Shown one piece after another: positions 55,890 to 64,000 of a DNA stretch of 64,000 bases (position 1 is the first letter of the stretch; the number at the start of each line of letters is the position of its first letter). The translations under genes were made by a program, and so were the position numbers. Origin of the DNA: Octopus vulgaris (lineage: Eukaryota); assembly GCA_951406725.2 (NCBI GenBank), contig OX597817.1, positions 58,466,001 through 58,530,000 on the forward strand, read 5' to 3'. A model generated the notes under the pieces. The model made no database searches, was not told the DNA's origin, and was given only the letters and a program-made list of their open reading frames with translations.

Positions 55890-56553
55890 AAAATAACAAA
55901 CGTATTCTGGTAAGTCCGAAATTCGAGTACCAAGTTATCTATTCTAGGTTGTCCTTTTATCCGGCGTTCTTTCTAGAAGTAAGACGAAATTTTTTTTTAT
56001 ATTTGCCACCCGCACACATCTTTGCCTCTATACATTCAATGTAGCTTTACCATAGCGTCGTATGGTTATCGACTGCTATTTCTAGCAAACACTGGTGCCT
56101 TGTTGTTCCACTATTTCCTATTTATAATTCTACCTTTACGGTGCTTTATTTAGCTGGAAAATAATACTATTGTATAGCAATAATATTTATACTTTTTATA
56201 TAAAACTTTTTCACTGATCTCGGTTCTGTTTATGTCTGGGCGTATCTGTCGAATATACAGGCACTGATGTAACGGATATTTTAAATTTCGTCTTCGGTGA
56301 ATCTAGCTGAAGAGGACTAATAAGGTTTGCCATAACAAACGTACTCTGGAAGGTCCGAAACTCGATCCTTAGTTTATCTATTCTAGGTTGTCCATTTATC
56401 CGGTGTTCTTCCTGGCGGTAAGACGAAAAATATTTTGTTCGCCGCCCGCACACATCTTTGCCTCTCTACATTCAGTAAAGCTTTACATAGGGTTGTATGG
56501 TTATCGACTGCTATTTCCAGCAAACATTGGTGCCTTATTGTGCCACTATTTCC
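55890..56553 (+). mobile_element. Tandem direct ~225-bp repeats (pLTR-like) with a hammerhead motif at 56303-56372
   Basis: 55895-56121 aligns with 56333-56553; CTGAAGA-ggac..gtcc-GAAA-ctcga; the other copy keeps ttcgagTA. Confidence 0.65.
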
Positions 56554-56649
56554 TATATGTGTGTGTGTGTGTGTGTGCATGTGAGTATATATATATATGT
56601 GTGTGTGTGTATGCATGCATGTATGTATACATGTATGTATGTGTGTATG

Positions 56650-56686
<37 letters not shown>

Positions 56687-56718
56687 ATACATGTATATAT
56701 ATATATAGTTGAACTTAC

Positions 56719-59296
56719 GGTTACATCTTCATCGATATGGAAAGTTTTATCAGTGGCAAGAATGTCTTGGACTTGTTTAGAAATCCGAATTTTGGAAGGT
56801 TTACTCGAATTTAACAAGTCTTTCGTTTCAAGTAGACCGGTTCCGAAGACATAAACAGCTTTCGGAGACTCTGCTACACCAATATGTAGATTGCCTATAT
56901 GGATCGCAACACGGATCTTCAAGTCTTGTAGGTGAGGGTCACTGTTTTGAAAAATCCCTAACCAGTCTAATGCTAAGTGAGCTATTGTAACCACGCGGGT
57001 AGTTTTGTCGCTTTCATTTTCCATTCCAGTCAGGTAAATCCATGTGCAGGTTTCCGATGCTATTTGACAGACGTTCGTCTTGGAAGTCTTGTCTTCAATT
57101 AGAAAATGAATTCTCTTTAAAACAGCAGCAACGTCATCCATTTGTCTTTTAGCAAGGAATTGTTTAAACTCATGCAGTTCTACTCCCAGAAAACAGTTAT
57201 CGAGATGATTGTTCACCAGAAACGGTTGATCCGATATGAGATTTGGTAAGATGAACTTTGGTACGTAGCGACTGAGCTGTTGCTCCATTCTTTCTTTTGC
57301 TAAATTCAACTCATTTGTTCTTTCTTCGATTCGCATTTCTAAATGTTCCGTATATTCTTCCATAGCTTCCATCATGCTGTCTAAGACACTTTTACGAAAT
57401 GGATTTGCATGTTTAAGCATTTTAAGAATTTGGTCGAAAGTCGGCCGACTATTGGCCATTGAAGACCAAGCTATCTCCATAATCTGGCGGACTTGTACGG
57501 GTGTATCTTCGTTTGTTTGAGGACGAAGATTATTAAAAATAATTGCATTGAAGATTTCATCTATGCTCATAGTATCTGCCAACTCAATGTATGGCTCATC
57601 TCGGCTAAATATCTCTTGAAGAATAATGGCGAAACTATACACATCGCTTGTAGTTGTTGGAAATTTCAAAAAGTTTGAGGATAATATTTCTGGTGCCACC
57701 CAGAAATCGCTGACTATAAAATCCTTGTCTTCTGGAACGCCATTAATTTGTCTTTTCCATGACAGCGGATTCTTCAGCGGATTCATGATGGAATACAGGC
57801 GACAGTATTCCCAATCGGCTATTTTCACTGTCCATCGGCTGTCTATCAGACAACAAGATGAGTGTAGGTTTCCGTGAATTAAACCCATTGCATGTAAGTA
57901 ACTCATGCCACTCACAATATCGACAGATAAAGAAAATTTAAAATCTGTGGTTAGATTGTATTTTCCATCTTGAAGAATTTCGGTAAGAACTCCTTTCGAA
58001 CAATATTCATTAACGGCAAACCTGTCGTTATAATCGATTTCGGTTAAGCCATAAAACCGAAGAACGTTCGAATGTAAAATATGTTCCCGCATCCATATCA
58101 ATTCCCGTTTCGTTTTCTGATCTATGTGAGCAAAGTCTGGCACATTTAGAAGTCTGATTCCAATTTGCTGACCTTTCCATCGACCAGGCCATTGTAAAAT
58201 CTGGGACAGAATCATTTCACCGTCGGGAATATCATTGATTGATTTGAACGATCTTATAGATTTAAAAAACGTCATCTTTGACTTCTTCGTGTAACCTTTG
58301 TCTTCGAAATAAAACAAAATGTTCTCGATAGCAATATTCCATTCATTATTGTTGATCATTTTTCTGAGCTTCAGCTTTTGGTAAATAATGTAACCGAATA
58401 AAGCTAACAATAGCAGACAGAATAAAGGAATAAGAACCGCCACTGGCGTCTTCCATTTCTCTTCCACGTAATTCTCTCTCTTTTTATCTTCTGCCACCAT
58501 ATCCCACAACGAGACTCCATTGCATTGCATATGCAATAATATTTCTCTTTTAATTTTCGCTTTCAGTTCATTCGTTATTGGTACCATATTTTCTCTGGTA
58601 CAAATTGTTCTGGCATAGTCATCAGTTGTAAACCATTGGATAAAGCGAAGAAGCTCTTTAGCAATTTCACATCTTTCAGTGTATTTCAGACGAATAACCA
58701 TATATGTAAATCCTAGAATTGGATAGATTCCTTCAGCTGGAATATCAACAAGTGTTTCTGTGAACGAACGCCCCATTGAACTCTGAAAATACGTGTCTAA
58801 AGCCTTTTGTATCGAAGCTTCATCATCGGGGGAAATAAAATGGCCAGCGCTATTCTCTATTCTTGCAAGCGGCAGGTCGAACTTTTTCGCTTCGTTGACA
58901 ACGACATACCCAATTGAATACTCGAAAGACGCTATTATTCCTGCCATTCCGGAATTTTTCTTCCCGTAATAGTTCACAGCTCGTGGATTCCATTTCACTG
59001 GTGTGTTACCGCCGTCTACAGTTCCGGCAGAAAAGGCGCCATATTGTTGTTTCCAGTTTGCATCAAAGGCACTCAGAGCTGTCGTGAACATATTTGTAGT
59101 TCCTGATTTACTTTGGCGAGCCAGGACGAGTATTTCGGCATCGGGCATTATTACACCGGGGTTGGTTTGTAGGAATGTGCTGTCGTTCCAATGGGTAAAT
59201 GTTCCATTATAAATGCCGACAAGTTGTTCTCTGGACAGATTCAATGGGAAACCGTATGATTTCACTTCCGGTATATTGTATGCAATGGAAATGGCC
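56719..59296 (-). CDS. PstS-like ectodomain / TM / kinase-homology / coiled-coil / degenerate guanylyl-cyclase receptor, 2578-nt internal exon
   Basis: Acceptor ttgcag| at 59297, donor |gtaagt at 56718. PstS motifs YNIP..L.LS...L.GIY.G...WND....NP, RxxxSGTT, IGYV, YPI..FTY; TM 58381-58443; HGNL.SS.CL.DSRW.VKIAD; LD.M...ME.Y..HLE..IEERT; IR.AIH.G..FG. Confidence 0.9.
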
Positions 59297-59615
59297 CTGC
59301 AATAATAAATGTAATAGAATACGTTAAACAAACATTACCAATACTCTGTAACACACATATATATACATCAAACAAAACTGTTGAAATATTGTTTCAAATT
59401 TCGGCTCAAAGCCAGCAATTTCGGGGAAAGAATAAGTCAGTGTTTGACTGGTACTTATTTTATCGACCCTCGAAAGAATGAAACGCAAATTTGACCTCGG
59501 CTGAATTTGAACTCTGAACGTGAAGTCAGACGAAATGTCACTCAGCGTTTTTTCGCCAGCGTGTTAACGATTCTGCCAGCTTGTCGCCTGAGCAAAGCAT
59601 TTGACATATTTAATA

Positions 59616-59791
59616 TTCTCTTATTTGTTTTCAGTCATTTTGACTGCGGCCATGCTGGAGCACCACCTTTAGTCGAACAAATCGAACCCAGGACTTATTC
59701 TTTGTAAGCCTAATACTTATTCTATCGGTCTCCTTTGCCGAACCTCATCGGTTGTCAAGTGATGTTGGGAGGACAAACACGGACACACAAA

Positions 59792-59836
<45 letters not shown>

Positions 59837-59991
59837 CGGGCTTCTTTCAGTTTCCGTCTACTATATTCACTCAGAAGGCTTTGGTCGATCCTATAGTAGG
59901 AGACACTTGCCCAATGTGCCATGCAGTGGGACTGAACCCAGAACCATGTGGTTGGGAAGCAAGCTCCTTACCACACAGCCACTCCTGCCCC
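59616..59991 (-). mobile_element. SINE family B, full length
   Basis: Head, internal (GT)n and CR1-type tail; similar copies at 25730-26105(-) and 63165-63587(-). Confidence 0.88.
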
Positions 59992-60689
59992 TAAGATGAC
60001 ATTATTATATCAATTTTATTAATAACATTATTTCATTGTATGAAGCGGCGAGTTGGCAGAATCGTTAGGATGCCGGGCAAAATGCTTCGCTGCATTTCAT
60101 CCGTCTTTATGTTCTGAGTTCAAATTCCGCCGAGATCAACTTTGCCTTTCATATTTTTGGAGTCGATAAAATAACGAGAATTGGGGTCAACGTAATAGAC
60201 TTACTCCTCCCCCGGTATTGCCTTGTCACACTCTGTCTCGCTGAATATCCCCGTTAAGGACATGCGTGTTTGCGGAGCACTCAGCCACTTGCACGTTAAT
60301 TTCACGAGCAGGCTGTTCCGTTGATCGGATCAACTGGGACCTTCATCGTCGCAACCGACGGAGTGCTACGAATTAATTAATACAGAGGCCTTGTACCGAA
60401 ATTTGAGGCCAGTATTATTCTATTGTATTACTTTTCCATAATTACTGGTATCAAAACTGACAGTTTTTAAAAAATGAATTGTAGAGAAGGAATAATAACA
60501 AACAAATGCAATGAATGCCGACCGGAGTTCGACCTGATTTGATTGGGAAGAAATTTCGACTCTGGTTTCTTTAGTCTGTCTACAGTCAATCAATTTCTGT
60601 GAGATGTTAACATCTCATGTTATAAAGGCGGTGCTCCAGCATGGCCACAGTCAAATGACTGAAACAAATAAAAGAGTAAAAGAGTAGAT

Positions 60690-61088
60690 CTAACCAATTA
60701 ATTTATGGCACTCCGTCGTTTGCGACGACGTAGGTCGCAGTTGATCCGATCAATGGAGCAGCCTGCTCGTGAAATTAACCTGCAAGTGGCTGAGCACTCC
60801 ACAGACACGTGTACCTTTAACGTAGTTCTCGGGGAGATTCAGCGTGACACAGAGTGTGACAAGGCTGGCTCCCTTTGAAATACAGGTACAACAGAAACAG
60901 GAAGAAAGAGTGAGAGAAAGTTGTGGTGAAAGAGTACGGCAGGGTTCGCCACCAACCCCTGCCGGAGCCTCGTGGAGCATTAGGTGTTTTTGCTCAATAA
61001 ACACTCACAACGCCCGTTTTGGGAATCGAAACCGCGATCCCACAACCGCGATTCCGTTGCCCTAACCATTGGGCCATTGCACCCCCAC
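60690..61088 (-). mobile_element. tRNA-derived SINE family C
   Basis: A-box tggcccaatggttagg, B-box ggtttcgattccc; 3' part repeated at 60218-60370(+). Confidence 0.8.
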
Positions 61089-61091
61089 AAC

Positions 61092-61168
<77 letters not shown>

Positions 61169-61179
61169 ATGTATGTATG

Positions 61180-61241
<62 letters not shown>

Positions 61242-61607
61242 CACACACACATAATGATTTGTTAATCAAGCTCTGACCGCAATAAAAAATCTCTCTGTCT
61301 GTCTGTCTCTGTCTGCCTACCTGCCCCCGCCTCCCCCTTGTCTCTCTCTCAAGGTATGTTTGTGTATGTGTATATAGCTGTGTATGTGTGTATAGCTGTG
61401 TGCGTGTGTTATTGACTGACATACATATCATGTGGTGTGTGCTGGCGTCTGCCCACAAGTATAGTTATTAATGTGCACGTCTGTATCTCTTTGCATTGAT
61501 TTAAACCTATGAATGAGTGCGTCTATTTGTCTGTGCGTCTAACTATTAAAACCTCTCCATACTGCAAAAACCCAAATGTAAATCTCCCAGCTTAAAACTA
61601 TTTTATC

Positions 61608-61712
61608 CCACCTGAAGAGTCTTCAATGCATTGTGCGTTGCATGTTGCGTTATTACATCGTTCGTCGCCCACAAGGGAACAGTGCATCTTGAAGATGAAA
61701 CAATTGTGGTGG
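61608..61712 (+). ncRNA. Hammerhead motif with G at the cleavage position (likely inactive)
   Basis: ccac-CTGAAGA-gtcttcaa..ttgaagat-GAAA-caattg-TG-gtgg; palindromic ACAATTGT. Confidence 0.65.
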
Positions 61713-61884
61713 TAATAATCTTTTTTTGTGTTGGTATATTCCGTCTTCTCTATTTATCCTTTAGAGAGACTTAGTAATTTTAATATTTCTATTAATGAAA
61801 ACAAGTGGATGTATTCCACTGTAACTAGGTAAATAAAATCTTCGAACAGACGGTCAGTAGCGACACCTGCTGGGTCTGACTACG

Positions 61885-61925
61885 CTGCATTGATAAAGGG
61901 TAGCAACCCTGAAACATGTCTGCAG
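61885..61925 (+). ncRNA. Minimal hammerhead with U3:A8 core
   Basis: ctgca-TTGATAA-agggt(agca)accct-GAAA-catg-TC-tgcag. Confidence 0.72.
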
Positions 61926-62122
61926 ATGTCTGACTAGCAAGGTGAAGCGGCTGACCTCCCCTGTTCGAAGGTTGTAATGGACGCAGGTTCGTGTGTCATA
62001 TAGCTAGCTAGAGGCGATGGCCTCTTGGAGCTAATCAACGACAGCTTTAGTCTTATATTTATAGACTGCCATATTAATATGGCGATAACTATTAATATAT
62101 ATATATATATATACATATATAT

Positions 62123-62175
<53 letters not shown>

Positions 62176-63706
62176 TATATATACATACATACATACATAC
62201 ATACATACATACATACATACACACATACATTATGACTGCCCCCTCGTTATCGAGTATGGCCATTACACGAAGCTTAACTGTTACTGGTGCTGTGATCGAA
62301 TGTGACTTTTTAGCCCAGCTAAAGATCTACAATGTCTTGTACATACATACATACATACATACATACATACATACATACATACATACATACATACGTACGT
62401 ACATAAACCAGGCGGAGGATCGAAATTTGTTAGATGGGGGACTATGATCGATATGCTAACGATAGTATCAGAAAATATTTTAAATTATGCAGTTTTATAC
62501 ATCTTTTATTGAACAGATCCCAGTTCAGAATTATCACTAACGATTGTTCAGTTGAGTGTCACATGAGAACACCATGCGACATCATATTTAACCACTTTAC
62601 ACGCCTCACTACGCTGGCTAATGAATCAATCAATAACTTTATACATGAATCGATTCATCCGCCGACATTGCCCTTCCCTGTTGAATTTTAGCTTGAATCT
62701 CGCCACACTAAATCAACTCTACACGTTATTATAAGATTAATTCCTTCTAAAAGATTGTATTTGGCGTAGAAAATAAGGAGAAGTACTTTTGTAAACCTTT
62801 TAGCAGCACATCTTCAGGTGTGGACATGTGGGTTGGTCTCCAGCTACTACACAACTCCCACTTATGGCTTGCAGAAGTCGGTAGTGCACATCATTAGTTA
62901 CCCCACAGTGCCTCAAAATGCTTATTTTAAGGTAAGTATTGAAAAAGTACCCCCAGAGTGGTCACGTAAAATATACAACAGAATTTACTTTCCAACCTTG
63001 CATTTTAATCGTAAATTTTGAACAGCGTTTCTCAAAGGGGGATGTATCGGCTCCTTTGGGACCCTGCAACCCACTTCAAAATGATTTACAATGAAAATGC
63101 TTTCTGATTCCATTTCGATAAAGGTTTCGCACGAAATGTCTGTAGACTTCTTTCCTTTTTCCATTATATCTTTTATTTGTTTCAGTCATTAGGTTGTGGC
63201 CATACAGGGGCACCGCCTTGAAGGGACGAATCGACAGCAGTACTTGTCATCATTATGTTTTTTGTAATGCCTGGTACTTATTCTATCGACCTCTGTTGCC
63301 GAACCGCTAAGTAACTGGGACATAGACACATTTGCACCAAACCGTGGTGGTGGTGGTGGTGGTGGTGGTGGACACCCACACCCACACACACACACTCACA
63401 GATACACACACACATGCGTGCCTACAACGAGCTTCCTTCAGTTTCCGTCTCGCAAATCCACTCACACGGCTTGGGTCGGCCCGAAGCTATCGTAGAAAAA
63501 CACTTGCCCAACGTAGCAAGCTGTGGGACTGAACCCAAAACCACGTGGCCGAGAAGTAAACTTCTTACTACATAGCTACGCCTGCACCAACTTTTGCGTG
63601 AATTATTTTTGCGTTAATTAGTTTTGTGTTAATTAGTTTTGCGTTTTCATTTTGTTCTTTAGTCAGGAGAGAATGAGTTACGGCAATCTGTGCAACAAGC
63701 ATGACC

Positions 63707-63741
<35 letters not shown>

Positions 63742-64000
63742 ACATTTTATCCACCATCTTTTGAAAGATTTGTCTACCTGTTGTAACCTTTCACGCCGTC
63801 CAATTGATTAATCTCTTGTTTCTCTCGCTTCATTTGAGGTGTTTTACCTGGAAGATGTATCGAGGCCACGACTCTAACTCTTCGATATGTCATCAGACAT
63901 AAATAATGCCTCTACACACACATACGACGTCCCGTTTTCCTTTCATTAAAGCAATATTTAGGAACTGAGATTTGCGAATGATCTTTTGCTCAAAGCTCAC

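Noticed and set aside
56383-56718. C-terminal extension of the 982-aa ORF, and its MFNVFYYIYYC start (59297-59331)
   Set aside because: Read-through into introns: strong donor at 56718 followed by microsatellite, and an acceptor with a pyrimidine-rich tract at 59297.
58516-59296. Bacterial contamination as the source of the PstS domain
   Set aside because: It is in frame with an animal-type rGC module, bounded by spliceosomal sites and flanked by host SINEs, with no pst operon context.
62818-62930. Possible + strand exon (cag|...aag|gtaagt)
   Set aside because: No recognisable protein similarity and no partner exons.
59297-64000. Upstream exons of the receptor (signal peptide, PstS N-lobe)
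   Set aside because: No GAGATF/GSG/DF..SD-like coding segment found on - by eye; probably beyond the window.

Overview
AT-rich, microsatellite-dense animal genomic DNA. The repeat landscape (tRNA-derived SINEs, (TA)/(TCTA)/(CA)n tracts, long introns) suggests a coleoid cephalopod such as Octopus; this is an inference. Two convergent spliced genes can be assembled by hand. (1) A 5-exon, 214-aa divergent Rab5-like GTPase on + (25494-38239). (2) The 3' part of an unusual single-pass receptor on - (exons 56719-59296 and 43596-43901; 5' exons not found, probably beyond the window). Its ectodomain is a bacterial-type PstS phosphate-binding fold, fused to the intracellular module of a receptor guanylyl cyclase (kinase-homology domain, coiled coil, cyclase) whose catalytic residues are lost. 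This candidate extracellular phosphate/oxyanion receptor is the top finding. The rest is mobile DNA: a young CR1-group LINE fused to an RPL13A retrocopy, an rDNA ITS2-28S fragment fused to a SINE, Tx1/RTE/R4-Dong LINE fragments, mariner, maT/Tc1, hAT MITEs with TSDs, Helitron remnants and three SINE families, two of which share 3' tails with local LINEs. About 20 hammerhead-ribozyme motifs, intact to degenerate, lie in Penelope-like fold-back elements. All calls come from reading the sequence by eye; no database searches were run.
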